A stretch of DNA of 64,000 bases from assembly GCA_000165425.1 (NCBI GenBank), contig CT868681.1:62001-126000 (forward strand). The letters are read 5' to 3'. Position 1 is the stretch's first letter. Each line of letters begins with the position of its first letter. Shown here piece after piece: positions 1 through 13,370 of the stretch. The notes beneath the pieces were generated by a model. That model had not been told where the DNA came from. It saw nothing but the letters and a program-made list of their open reading frames with translations, and searched no databases. Made by a program: the position numbers and the translations under genes. This DNA comes from Paramecium tetraurelia. Lineage: Eukaryota.

Positions 1-2008
1 AGAGCAGCATCAAAAAACAATCGCTTCATAGTCTATTCAGATGGTCTTTGCATATCAGATTGTCTCTGGACTTCAGATATCCTCTCCTGAGTAAATTTTT
101 ATTAGGATTCCTAAAGAGAACTTTGTTCAGATCTCCTTTGATATTCAGTTGCATAATAAATGTTTTTAGGCTCATTGCTTGAGTATCTCTATTCTAAGTT
201 GATGCTAGGTCTCGATTCGAATTACAATTAATAACTCAAACGAGCATCTTGAGAGTATGGTTTATGATCATCAGATTTCCTTTCATAATTGACTGATCCT
301 CTCGATTCATAGCTGACTTGATTCACAACTGATTGTTATTTAGGTCTTGGAATGTCTGGTTTATTGATATTGCTTAATCTTTAATCAAAATATAGGTTAT
401 GTTCCTCTAGATGACGTTAATCTCTTGCTTTTTTATCGAAATTGCGATCGACATCGATTTATTGAGTGATCATAGTGTTGCTACTTTCTACTTTGGAAGG
501 AGTTTAGTAATTATTAAGAGAAGACTTAGTCGTAGAACTGGTTCGTTGTTCTGGCAGAGCATGTACAGGCATGGAGGCTCTTTGAGTGAACAAATCTGTT
601 TTCATTTTAGAATTGAGCAAAGCCTTATTGATGTATTTATAGAGATTGATAGATCCTTCCTTATTGTTTGATAACTATTGGATGCCTTATTCAATTCTGA
701 AAATGATGGTTTTGACCAATTAATAATCTTGAGTGTTGATTATTTCTTATAAACTAGAGATCATTTCGCCCAAGATCTTTTATGTGTATGGCATATTCTC
801 CTTTTAGAGTTCCTATTGCAATTTCTACTTCAATGCTGCTATTTTAGAATTAATTCTTTGCATTGACACTTATTTCTGATCATAAAAGGAATCTTCCATT
901 TTAGGGAACTATGTATAAACTGTCATGTCTAATTGAGTTATGGGTTGCTAAGCGGGAATTGATTTCTGTTCATACGAGGGGATTGTAGTTGGGACAGACG
1001 GATAAGTAGCAGTTTTGGTTGGACTTTGCTATTGATTTCCATTGGTTTTACTGAAATTCTACTCGTAATTGTTGGAAGTCAGATTGGATTGACCAACTGT
1101 TATTGATTGAGCAAATTGGGCCTGAGCCTTATTTTTAACAGCTTGACTTGAATGCTTACTAGATTGATTAGATTAAAATGTAAACTGTTTTTCTGATTCT
1201 GCTGCCTTATTCGATTAAGGTTGAAGTTGAGATTCACCTGCATTGATACGTGATCGTAACAACTAAGACTTTTCTTATTGCACTTAGGATATATTCTTGA
1301 ATTTAGTAAGGAATTCTTCCACTAGATTGAACATCTAAGTCAATTGTTGTTCCTAATTGAATGATATTCAATCTCATACTTTATATGCTGGTATTGTACT
1401 GTCTGCAATTGAAATGGCTGACAAATCTGGGTTGTTGAATTTGTCTACAATTTAAGAATATTCCTAGGCTACTTGATTGGCATCCAATTCTAATTGATGT
1501 TTGATAGTGTTCTTCTTATTCTATTGTTCAGGAGCTTTCAGAGCCACAGAATACCTCTCCAACATGTCTTTGATATAATGATGATCTGATACTTAATACT
1601 TTATCTTTCAAGTGAGACATGTCATCAAAGAGATCATTCTCATTGAGCAATCGCTAATTTTGTAATTTCTGAGATTCAAATTTCTTGTTCTCTTCTCCAA
1701 AGGTTAGACGAGCAATTGCATCCTTTTTTGGTGGTGGATCTAAATCAAACTATGGTTAGATTGGATTTAGAAACATCTTGTCATGTCTCGATTGTTCATT
1801 TAAAAACTATAATTAGTTATTAATTCACTACATTTGAGGATTCGTTAAGACTCCCTAATATTTATTCATCAACATGAGATACTCTTTCTTAAGGATTATA
1901 TTTGTATTTATTCATGATATCCTACACCGATGGTCTTTGTTGTGTTGATTACATATTATTCTATGGACTCGAAGGTCCGCTATTTTTGAAAAAAGGATTC
2001 GAAAACAT
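1..2008 (-). CDS. Hypothetical protein, Q/S/N-rich with coiled-coil segments; 3' end runs off the window start
   Basis: ATG at 2008 (MFSNPFFKNSGPSSPQNNMQ...); long frame open in code 6 with a 25-nt intron near 1808-1832; no family recognised. Confidence 0.7.
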
Positions 2009-2095
2009 ATTTATTTTATTATATATATTTTCTTCTGTTTTTTCAATCGAATAAACATATTTTTGATTGAATATTTGTTAATTGTATTTTAAATA

Positions 2096-2960
2096 TCAGC
2101 AGTCCACAGTTGAACTCCATCCCATGTAACTCAAGTGATCTTGAATTGATGGAACCAGGACTGAATCTGAGCAGTTGGGATCCTCATCCAATTAGCAAAC
2201 AGTGTATGAATTTCTGTGATACCAGATTTCTCTGTCAACATGATTGAATCCGAAGTTCTCAGGTGGGACCTAATTGTTCCTTTAAATAATCATACATGAG
2301 GAACGACATCCTTATCATGGACAACTCTGAAATGAGTGACCTTGGTGAATGATGAGAAATAGTTATAATAAGCTGTATCTCCGACTCTTGGTAAACCAAA
2401 GGTGCTCAATTGAACTGTGTATCCTGCAATAGCTAATTCAGTAGTGTATAAGGTGGCCATAGCAGCTCCCAAAGAGTGACCAGTTACATGGATGATGGCT
2501 TTTGGATACATTCCTCTGTATTTGGTGAACAAGGAGTCAACTTGGGGCTTGATGGAGTTGAAGGCATCCAAAAATCCACTGTGAACTTGGCAATTACATG
2601 CTGTGTTGTAATTGACCTTATCAAATTGGATGTTGTCCAACCAGTTTTGAATGTTGCTAGATCCTCTGAAGACGACAGTGATGGCATTGTATGTGGGGTT
2701 GTAGGCTATGTATCCTTTGGTACCCTAGAATTATAGATGACTTCAAATCTTACGGCAATATTGTTCTCGAAAACTAAGGGTTTTTCGATATTGGGATAAT
2801 TGGTGGTAACATATCCCACAGTCCATGTGTTGATGGCTGTGTCGGGACAATAAGCAGCAAAGGAAAGGGCAGCCTCCTCGGTTGCTAAGGCTTCATTGTA
2901 AACGAAAGCACAATTGACTGTTGCAGCTAGGACAACCAAAATCAAAACTGATGATCTCAT
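2096..2960 (-). CDS. Secreted class 3 triacylglycerol lipase
   Basis: Signal peptide MRSSVLILVVLAATVNCA; FRGS, VHSGF, nucleophile TGHSLGAA, FGLPRVG, DVVPHVPP, DHLSY; two short introns (about 2726-2753 and 2271-2295); TGA at 2096-2098. Confidence 0.93.
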
Positions 2961-3504
2961 TTAGATTTTATTTATTTAAATATACTCACAAATTCAAATC
3001 TCCCCTTTTAATACTCGTATTATTAATATATTAATTACTTTAAACCTCACAAGATATGCAATTTAATCCAAATAAGAATACATCGAATGTAAATATTAAT
3101 TATAATTGAGAACTCCCTCAATTAAATGCAATTTTATCAATATTTTATGACTTGAATTTCAGGTAGAAGATTGATATCGAATTCTATTAAAATTATAATC
3201 ACTAAAAAGTAATTTTATTTGAATGCATGCTACTTCCATTAAATCTCATTTTTATATAATATAATTGTTATACAGTAATAAAATTGTTAAATTTAATATG
3301 ATAATTAATTTGGACTAATGCACTTAAATTTAAGTGAAATAACTCCAACTGGTTAATAACAGTAAATTTATGGATAATTTAAAAGAGGGATGATAAAAAA
3401 AGATATTCCATGAAAGTAGAGAATATTTATAATAAAAAATTTTAATTATATTAAAGCACAATAGAACGTAATTAATAGATGATGTCATATAAAAATTGAT
3501 TTTG

Positions 3505-4343
3505 TCATTCTGTTGTTTGAGCATCACAAGAATTATTAGACCATCCTAAATAGGTTAAATGGTCTGCTAAATTTGGATTCAGGACTGATGCTGAACATTT
3601 TTGATCTTCTCCCTTTACTTCTTGACAAATCACATAATTTACTCCGTCTTTATACCAGATTTCAGTATTAACGTGTTCAAATTCGTATTTAACAGGTGGC
3701 AAATGAGGAGCTATATCCTTCTTATTTGTCAATCTGGAATGAGTAACCTTTAATGTTGAAAACCAATCATAAAAATCAGAATCGCCCACTCTGGGAGAAC
3801 CAACAGTCACAAGTGATACTTTGATTCCTATCATGGATAGTTCACTTGCAAACAATGTTGCCATGGCTCCTCCTAACGAATGTCCTGTAACATGATATTT
3901 TGCATATGGATATTTCATCCTATACTCACCAAGTAACAAGTCCAATTGAACCTTTAGAGATGTATAGGCAGCGAAGAACCCTTCGTGGACCTAACATTTG
4001 CAAATGGTGTTAAATTCAATCTTCTTGTAATCTATGTCAGCGATGAAGTTCTTCATGTTGTTGGATCCCCTGAACACCACGGTGATAGCTTGACTAGCGG
4101 AATTGAAAGCTATGTAGCCTCTTGTTTCCTAAGGATAGTTTGATATAATACAAGTTCTATGTTCTCGAATATTTATATTTTGCTTAAGTGAGGATATTAT
4201 TGGCTTATAGTGCCGACATCCCAACTTAAGATGTTATCTGGATTACAGTAAGCAGCAAACGAAAATGCAGTTAGTTGGTTAGCTAGAGCTGGATCATAGT
4301 CGAAAGCCGAAACGATTGCTATGAGAACAATCAAATATTTCAT
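3505..4343 (-). CDS. Secreted class 3 lipase, tandem paralog
   Basis: MKYLIVLIAIVSA signal; FRGS, VHEGF, TGHSLGGA, GSPRVG, DIAPHLPP, DHLTY; one 23-nt intron near 4129-4151. Confidence 0.93.
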
Positions 4344-4778
4344 TTTTTAAATATTTATCTTCATGACATATTCTGTACAGAATTTATACCTAACAATTTA
4401 TATTATATAATATTATTAATTTTGATTTGCTAATAACTTTATTTGTATAACCATTTATGGAATTGTCCATTCACCCACCTCGTCACAGATTTGTAAAATT
4501 GATTTTAACACCTTTGAAATCTCAATTTTAATTAAAGTTATCAATTAATCAATTGATATCTGGTGAGGGACTCTTGAACTTGTATCCATATCACATCTAA
4601 ATCTTGAAATGTTGTATCCATCTACTTGGAAGAGCTGTCTAGTGAATAATAGATAAATGCATTGTAATCATAGTTAATTCCTATTCTGAGACCTGATTTG
4701 CTTAGCAACTCTTTATAAAGGAATAATAATTTTAATTGCATGAATAATTAATAAATTATTTTTCTGTTATTAACATAA

Positions 4779-5468
4779 ATGAACCGCAGTTATTACAATA
4801 AATCCAACAGTAATTTAACTCCTGGTAAAGCCAAGTCGTAACACGTAACTTAGATTTAGTTGTAAGACATATAGTTTTATTCTGAGAAACATTAGCAAAT
4901 ATATTAGAGATTCATCTAATGAAAACAACAAAAGAGGTGATAATCTGTTGAACACATTAATCCAGCAGTCTCAACAAGCTATTCAATCAGCCAGACAATT
5001 TAGTGTAGATAGACCAATCAAGACTTCTCCTATTGAATCGTAATTTAGTCAATCATCTCCTAGGTCTCCTCACATTCAAAAAAAAATGATCAGCACTTCC
5101 TAAAACTTGTAATTAAGAAAAAGCACAGATCAATAACAAAGAAGCAGCGCATAGTTTGATAGACTACTTAATGAAAATACTTCATTGCTGATGCGTATAT
5201 AAGAATTAGAACAAAAAGTAAGAAATTAATGTTAACAAGTGAGAATCAATTATTATAAATGAAATGTTAGTGCAGCAATCAGAGCAATAAAAGATCATAA
5301 GAAAATGTACTCAAAATCACACATTAAAACAAGGGGGATATAGATGTCTTCTTGCAATCTCATCATTGTAATGAAAATGAAAATAGAATATTAAAGGAAT
5401 TAATTAATAGGTAATCCTCAATTATGCATATCCCCTCAGTCATCCAAACACTTTCACTCATTAAATGA
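4779..5468 (+). CDS. Hypothetical protein with short coiled coil
   Basis: ATG 4779; frame stays open in code 6 after removing short GT-AG introns (near 4845 and 5240); 3' end approximate. Confidence 0.55.
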
Positions 5469-5509
5469 AATTATAGTATATAAATAATTTTATAACAACT
5501 TTAAAGGGT

Positions 5510-6847
5510 TCATTGTAAGCCCAAATGCTTATAAAATTGTCTCGTCTTATTACATAGTAATCCTATCTGTTTCTACTTCAATTCGAATACCCCCACCAGT
5601 TCTGTCAACAATCTTGGCTGTAATGCCAGCAATCCTAAGATCTACACAGATGTAAATTGCATAAATTATTCCTAAGATACAGAATTTCGTATTCTATATA
5701 GCAATCATTAGAAATACATTGAATCTGCAATAGATGATCCATTCAAATCAGTCTTCTATCGTGAATCAATTAGATCAATCATTATTTACTATAATGTATC
5801 ATATAAAATATTTTATATTTTTCTCTCCTTTATGATACTGCTTTCATTCTTGCTTATATTGAGTGTACTCATATCAAAATATATAGAATTTGCATAACCA
5901 TTTTTATTGGTTATCTTTTATCTATTTTTGAAGTTCTAGATCGAAATCATAGCACATTCACTCATTAGCTTTTTTATTTAGCAATACTTATTTGTGACTT
6001 ACTATATTATCAAGGTGGATTATGCTGCTTTCTTTCTTAATTGTTGCACCTGATTATACACAAACACTATATCGTTGATTTTCTAGTATTCTAAATTGAA
6101 ATACCTCTTATTGATTGGGGGATTGAGCATTTCTCATTATATGTAACAAAGTACTCTTTGATTTATGTTTTAATGGGATGTTGGGCAGATGAGAAGGTTT
6201 GGGTATGTTAGTTGCAGGCATGGTGAGAAACATATCAGCACTATCCCTAACAACTGGTTAGTAATAATAAAATACTCGAAATTGCTCTTTTTTCTTACCT
6301 TGACTTCTATATTTCATCCTGTAATCTGAATGAATCTCTTACAACATCTCTTATTTCAACTCGTTTTTAATATACTGTTTATTTCAACTACTGTATTGTT
6401 AAATTGTTTAGTTTAATCTATTCCACCATTTTTGCATGGTTATCCGATAAGGCCTTTTAATACTTTTGTAATTTATGCAATTCATAAACCATTTCCTTCA
6501 CTGCCGGATGGTTATCAAGACTAATTAAACTGGAGAACATACTCTTTTTGTTATTGCTTCTTTTCCTCAAGCTTTTAGATCTAGAACATTAATCTTTCCA
6601 ATTAGTTCATCAAATGAAAATATCTCTGATTCACTCTTTCTTCCTAAATTAATATGTTAAATAACTTCTCTTTCTATCGCTATAACAGTTTTTTAATTAA
6701 CTTAATCCACATAACCTTATACTGTCTGATGTTTCTCTTACACTTTATCCATTCCATCATTAATCCTAGTTATTAAATAACCAAAACTTACGGCTCCATC
6801 AAAGTCATAGATCCTCTCTTCTACAATGTATGAAGCATCGCTTTCAT
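5510..6847 (-). CDS. Hypothetical coiled-coil protein (several small introns; 5' end uncertain)
   Basis: E/K/Q-rich frame restored by 22-26 nt introns; TGA at 5510-5512; an alternative frame could extend upstream toward 7351. Confidence 0.55.
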
Positions 6848-6849
6848 AT

Positions 6850-7351
6850 TTTAATCTTAATATAAATTTAATTTATTTTATAATCCTCAAAATAGATATG
6901 TTTTTATTCAGAAGTGAAAATTTGAACATGAAGAATGAATCCAAGATGTAATTAACCTTTCCTAAAGGCCAACTTAGAATAAATTATAGATTCTTCATCC
7001 CCTCATTTTGATCAATAGAATCTATTTAGGCTAAAGAATCTTTCTATATTTTTATATAAACATCTGAATTGATTGATTGAAATTATTTATTTATTTGATG
7101 TTCTTTTTCTTACAAACAAGATTTCTAGTATTCCATTTTTCCTTTTAGAATTACCTCTCCATGCATTCTCAGATTTAAGTTATGTATTTTTTTATTATTT
7201 TTGCACATATATATCCAATCGTAATTTTAATGTATGTAGAAATTACGATTGGATATATTCTAAGCGACCTTCATTTAGACTAGAGTTTAATATACACTTG
7301 TGGAGATAAAAATGGAACGCCAATTGATAGGAATCCTTAATTATCAGCCAT
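6850..7351 (-). CDS. Possible small hypothetical gene, or 5' extension of the downstream gene
   Basis: ATG at 7351; open code-6 frame after a putative 29-nt intron; no homology recognised. Confidence 0.25.
7209..7258. repeat. Perfect 19-bp inverted repeat with 12-nt spacer
   Basis: atatatccaatcgtaattt (7209-7227) / aaattacgattggatatat (7240-7258). Confidence 0.95.
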
Positions 7352-7424
7352 GTTTAATAGCATTTAGATATATACTTATTATAATTTTTTATCAAATTTA
7401 TATTCAGTGATTTTCCTCTAATAA

Positions 7425-8227
7425 TCAAATTCGTTGATCTAATTTCCTCTTTTTTTAGGTGGCAATCTCTTTAAATTTGGTTTCAACAATATGCTTAAAC
7501 TTCTTTTCCTAAGATGATTTATTTTTTAAACTATTTCTGGCATTTATAAACCAATTTAAAACCTATATATGATAGAGGATTCAAATTTACTTATTTGTTG
7601 GTGAGATTTGTTTATTGAACTAATTGTTCAACCTACTATTGTTTTGGATATGGATTATTGTAGTTTTCAATTAGCCATTTCTTAAGGACCATGTTTGCTT
7701 ATTTGGAGTACGTCCTCTTAGTATTAGCTAAGAAATGTATAATAATGGAATTGTACTTGGATAATTGGACAATAATTTTAGTTTCTGTATGTCTTCATAG
7801 AGTTTTATTTTGTTTTAAATTTGAGTTGTGACTTCCTCAAAAAATTAGGTTGTTTGGGTTTGAGTCAACGTACTGTATATTTTATCATCTATCATTCTCT
7901 ATTTGAGGTTTTCGAAAAACTTTTTAAGTTAATTATTCTTGTCAACACTCTATGATATTATGTAACAATCGATACATTAGTTTCCTAGGTGCATTCTACA
8001 TCGATCGAATCACTCTTCCTAACCATTTCCTCGGCCAAGCTCTATCCTGACTATTGCTGAGTCATCCAACTGAACCAAATACGTTCTAGACTCTATATCT
8101 CAGATAAAGCTTTTTGTGCCTTTGATTCATTAACTAAAAGGTTACAAAATCTTATTATACCTTATTATTAAAGTTGTAGGTATGATGATTCTTTCATACC
8201 CTCTTCCATGATACTCTAAAAATGCAT
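7425..8227 (-). CDS. TALE-class (KN/TGIF-like) homeodomain transcription factor
   Basis: After splicing: KRTYSKQANMVLKKWLIENYNNPYPKQQQVEQLVQQTNLTNKQ|VLNWFINARNSL; has the PYP loop and WFINAR helix 3; three short introns. Confidence 0.88.
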
Positions 8228-9616
8228 TATTGAACGGGGGAGGATCTTATTTTATTTTTTAAAATTGATTAAATTCAAGTCAAAATTTTACTGATTAATA
8301 GCATATCAGAGGTGCAGAAGGATGACGTCTGTTTGGGTCTTTTTATAAATACGCAAACAATATTGAAATTCAATTTGTGATACAAGAGACCATATATTTG
8401 TCTCTATTTATCATTTACTTTGCACATCATTTGAGATCATTAATTTTTCATAGATTAAATAACAATTATTGAATTGTTATGGTAATTTATCATTAATTAA
8501 AATATGTGTGTTAAAGAGATTTCTTCAATAAAATAAAGCTTATTTGAGGAAAGTAATATTTAAGAAATTGTTATTATTTTTAATACACGTATTTGTATTA
8601 AATTTATGGAAAATCTAATAATCTATTAAATAATTGTGGAATTTCTTTTATTTATAATGATTAATACCCTTGGCCAATTCATAAGCATAATGGCTCTTTT
8701 TGATAATCTATCATTAAATAGGAAAATAAATAAGATTGAAGATCGCAATTTTTATTTAAAAGAAAGCTAAATGTCAAAAAAAGATAGAATTTTTAAATAG
8801 TATGAATATAATTGGTTTATTTTAAAATATTGGAGTAGAATAAAGCCATAAGAATTTTAGCGAAGTAATAGGTCTTTTTAACATAAGAAATTCATTTTTA
8901 GTGAGTTAAATTTCACTGGATATTTAAAATTAAATGAAATCAAATATTATTCAGTCAGATAGGACTTGGATTTTCTATGAAATCGCTTTTATAAGTCTTG
9001 AATACCTCTATTAAATTTGATCAATATGGACCATGTTTACTATATTGTAGGAATTCAGAATGCTTAACTTGGAATAAGGACCTCTGTTTTAGTTCTTATA
9101 AATTGAAAAATTACACTAAATTTATATTATGAAAATTTTTGTTGGCGACTAGTCGTATAAATTACTCAGTTAAAATATAGTAAAATCGGAAAAGCATAAG
9201 GTGTCATCAATATGATATAACAACAAAGATGGATTATATAATTGCAAGTGTATATAGAGGGAGAAATGTCAGAAAGCAAGTTATTTTTTATAACTTGGTA
9301 TTATGGCTTAAATAATTAAGACAAAATTCTTAGATTGTATAAAAATGATGATATCATAAAGATAAGTTCCAAAATAGATATAGATTATTAGATTTATCAA
9401 TTTTGAATTCCCTAATAACAGACATTAAATTATTTGAATCTATTTTATGAAATACTTTAGTAGCTAAATATAGTAAACTTAAATGTTTGCCATTTTTAAA
9501 CTTAGAGAATGAGAATGAATAATTATTGGTATTATGCTTGATCTTTATTTTGATAATTTTTCAACAAAGAGTAAAGAGTATATGATATACAACATATTGT
9601 TTAATGTGAATATATT

Positions 9617-11177
9617 TCAATAAGGTCTTGGTCTAATCATTTATTCATATTATTTCTATATGTAAGGATTCTGATTATTAAATGGAATAGGATTTGTAAG
9701 GGGATTGTGACTTTAATGAATAGCATTTTATCCTGCTCCCCTTAAAGCATTTCCACGACTCACTTGAGAAACACTACTCAAATTTTAATTAATTGTATTC
9801 ATCTCATCCTACTTTAGTTAAGCTAGAGATTGTTATTTTAATAAGTAATCTTGTTTTGGTGGTAATTAACTATGTAAAATGAAAAGATAATATACCCAAC
9901 TTATGGTGACCATCCAATAATTTTAGCATTTAATTATGCATCTTAATTTTTATATGCTTGTAAATCCAACATATTCATAGATTTTTCTTGTCTTCCCATC
10001 CTTAGTTGTTTCAGTCTTTATTCCTCTCTATAATATTGGATGATTGATACTTTTCTATTCTTTATTGATCTAAATATTCCTTGTATTATCTTTGTTATTC
10101 TACTTAATCAACCTTCCTTTAAACTAAGAATTAGTTGTAATTTTAAATCTAAAGTAATAATATAGCATTACATCTTCTAATCTTTATTTATTTAACTCTT
10201 ATTTAACACTCTTCTCCTGCACTTTCCCTTACTCTCTTTCATCCAACATCTTTTTATTAACATTCAATGTTTATCTATATTCTTCTTGTCTCCTCAATAC
10301 TCGATCCAATTCTTCTTAAAGTAATTTTCTTTAATATGCATCCATATTTTTAGAGATCATCGATTCCAATTAGGCTTGTCTTTCCAATAAAGGTTAAAGG
10401 ACATTGTCAATATGCATTTTCTATAATTACGCTTGATTTTGAGAACAAAGTTTATAGAACTATTGATTAGGTTTGATTTTGATACATTTTTGTAGTTTTC
10501 CTCTTTGATTAATTCTTTTTCAGCATTTCTTCTATTCAACTCTTGAATTTCAATTTAATCATTTCTAAATCTCTCTTTTTCTTCCAAGTGTCTTATCTAT
10601 GATAGTTTAAGGTCTGCATCTTATTCTTTAGCCCATTGTTCCTTTTGCAATCTCCTCTATAGGAAATCCTATTCCATTCTCCTTCTATTCTCATCCAAAG
10701 CCTACTGTTCCCAATCTAACTTTTATTATCTCAAATCCATTTCTCTAATCAAGGAGTCTTATTTTTATTTGTCGTAGATAGAAGAGATGCCTTTTTGTAA
10801 TACAGCTTTGTCTTCTAAGAATTTTCTTTATTCCTCTTGGAATTTCATTTATCTCCTTTTCATTTCTTATGCATCCTCGTATTTCTACTCCAATTCTTTC
10901 TGTTTAATTTGCAATTATTCAAGCATTTTACGATCCAATTCAGTCCTAAGAGAATCAAATAATAATCTAGTACAATAATTCCTTCTTTCTCAGATTCAAA
11001 ATTTCTCTTTCATTGCGTTATATGTCTTATCCAATCTCGTACATATGATGTTCAATTCCATACCATTCAGATTTTAAACCCTTTTTATCACAAATATTAA
11101 GTTACTTAAACATCTTTTGGATAATGACGCCTTGTTTAAGTTTGATTTTGTGTAACATTCATTGGATCAGTTTCCAT
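9617..11177 (-). CDS. Long E/K/Q/R-rich coiled-coil protein (trichohyalin-like; possibly cytoskeletal or ciliary)
   Basis: METDPMNVTQ... through HNPLTNPIPFNNQNPYIQKQYEQMIRPRPY*; frame held by several short introns. Confidence 0.75.
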
Positions 11178-11220
11178 TTTTAATAATAATAATTAATAAT
11201 AAATATAGTGTGTTAATTCT

Positions 11221-11703
11221 TCATAAAACATATGTATAAAACCAAACAAAATGATGATGTAAACAAATCATTATAATTTTCTAAATTTACTAAATTAACC
11301 ATTGTCCCTAATTGATGTCACTTGCAACAATCCTCCTGAAAATGTAATCTTTCCAAATTGCGATTAGTCTTCTATCCTTAATTGAATTCCTCTAGTTGAA
11401 TTTTGATCCTTTGTATCTTAATTCATTAAGCTTTTTTTTCGATTACTAGAGATTTAAGCTTTTTAACTCCTCACTATAAACATGTTGTGTATCATCATGT
11501 AATTCAAGTATGAATAGTTCTGAATCTCCTTTTTCAGAGTCTTCCTTAAATTCCATCACATGTAGATTATGGATTGGAAGACTGTATTTTCCTTATGATC
11601 CTGCTTTCAATCATTCTAGTATCTACTTTCTAAATCAAGAATTGTTTTCTAATATTTTATATAGGCTGAGAAACTTAGTTGCATATTTGTAAAAATTAAG
11701 CAT
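11221..11703 (-). pseudogene. Possible decayed coding fragment
   Basis: Protein-like frame (VMEFKEDSEKGDSELFILELHDD...) with in-frame TGA at 11635-11637 and 11611-11613. Confidence 0.25.
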
Positions 11704-12590
11704 GCTGTCTTAAAATATAGAAATATTAATAAAATTAATTAATTATTTGAGATTAAAATATTGTGACAAGTCGTAAAATTATATTCATTATTTTGGGAAT
11801 GGTGTTTTATAAAATTTTCGATGTGTTCTCTTTTATAATGGTGTTTGAAATTGAACTTTAACAGCTGAGCTCTAATGTGCAGATTATGATTGCCTTTTTC
11901 TTTATTAATGCGTTGACATCTCTGTTTTTTTAACTGATTGACAATTTCTTTCTGACTCCTTTCTTTGTTACTTTTCTTAATCCTTATAATCTTTGTGATG
12001 ATTATCTCTTTCTTCAGTATGCAGTGAAATGTAAGAATTAAAAATATTCACTTCATCACACCCTTCTTTTACTTTCATTTGCTTAGATTTTGAAAGAATT
12101 TGCAATTAGCTTTTTTGAATTTTTTAGCTCATTATTTTTAATTATGTATATTCTACAAATAAAAACAAGCTGTTAAAATTATTTATGTTTTATTTAAACA
12201 ATTAATGAATATAATTGAGTGCTATATTGCTCAAGTGCAATTTTATAGAATTCTAAATTGTGAATAAAGTGCGAATGGGTTGGTGTGGAGTTTATTAATA
12301 ATATATTATTTTTGGTTATGTAAATTCAACTTCATTATTTTCTAATATAGTATTTTATTTTCAGAAGATTAAGTCTAATTTTATCTTCTTTTACACATCC
12401 TTTATATCCTTCCATATTATTTATATACTTTTAATTTTTTAGATGTATATAACTTTCTTCTTAATGTAATCCATATATAACTCTCTCATTAATCTCTATG
12501 ATTTGACCAAAATTAATCGCATTGCAAATTTGATACCATTATAATTATGTAAACTGAATATTAGCAAAAATGTAAAAAAAATATTATGTC

Positions 12591-13355
12591 TCATGATTGA
12601 TAGTACGATTTTGCTCTAATTTTGGTAATGATTCTTGGATCCTACAAATAACGAATAATGATACCAATTATCGAGAGTATGTCGAACTCAACTATTAAGA
12701 TGTTTAAAGTTCTTAGATCAATAATTGTTCCTTCTATTCGAGTTTACGGATAGACTATTCTGTTTATATTCTTTTTTAACATTCAACCTCTAATAATTGA
12801 GAGTACTCTTTATTTCTGAGTTCTTCGTTTGACTTTTGTCTGATCCTCATTTTGACTTGTGATTGCGCCCTTTCTTGTTTCAGTTTATTGTATCTGACAA
12901 TATTTTTAATGAGTTCAGATTCTTTTTATTACTGTACTTGCCTCTCTAATTCTAGATATTTAATTTTCAACTTCTGAGTCTCCTGTTGTCTGAACTGCTT
13001 CTATTGTTCTTAGGTTTTCTTGCGTCCCTCTTCACTCTAATGTTTTTTTGTCTTGGCCATAAGTTGGACCTGGTGTATTTTCTATAGTTTTTGCATGTTG
13101 ATAATATTCCTCTATCATAATAATGTGTATATAACACTCTAATTAAATTGGTCATGCTCCGACTGTATGAATTGCTTCATTTCAACAGACTTCTATTGTT
13201 ATTTGATTCTTCTAATGACTTTGAGTTGATTCTGTTGAATGAGGTTGAGTCTATTCATTAAGAGACCCAGTTGTTATTCAGATTGCTTACGCCTAAATTA
13301 CATTGTTAATTTCGTACCCTTCACGTGCTTATAACAGAATATCGCGATTATTCAT
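12591..13355 (-). CDS. Hypothetical coiled-coil protein
   Basis: MNNRDILLQAREG|RKQSEQQLGLLMNRLNLIQQ...; three short introns; TGA at 12591-12593. Confidence 0.75.
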
Positions 13356-13370
13356 ATATTTTAATTATTA

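Noticed and set aside
4440..4741. Short minus-strand ORF upstream of the second lipase
   Set aside because: About 65 codons, no recognisable motif or intron support.
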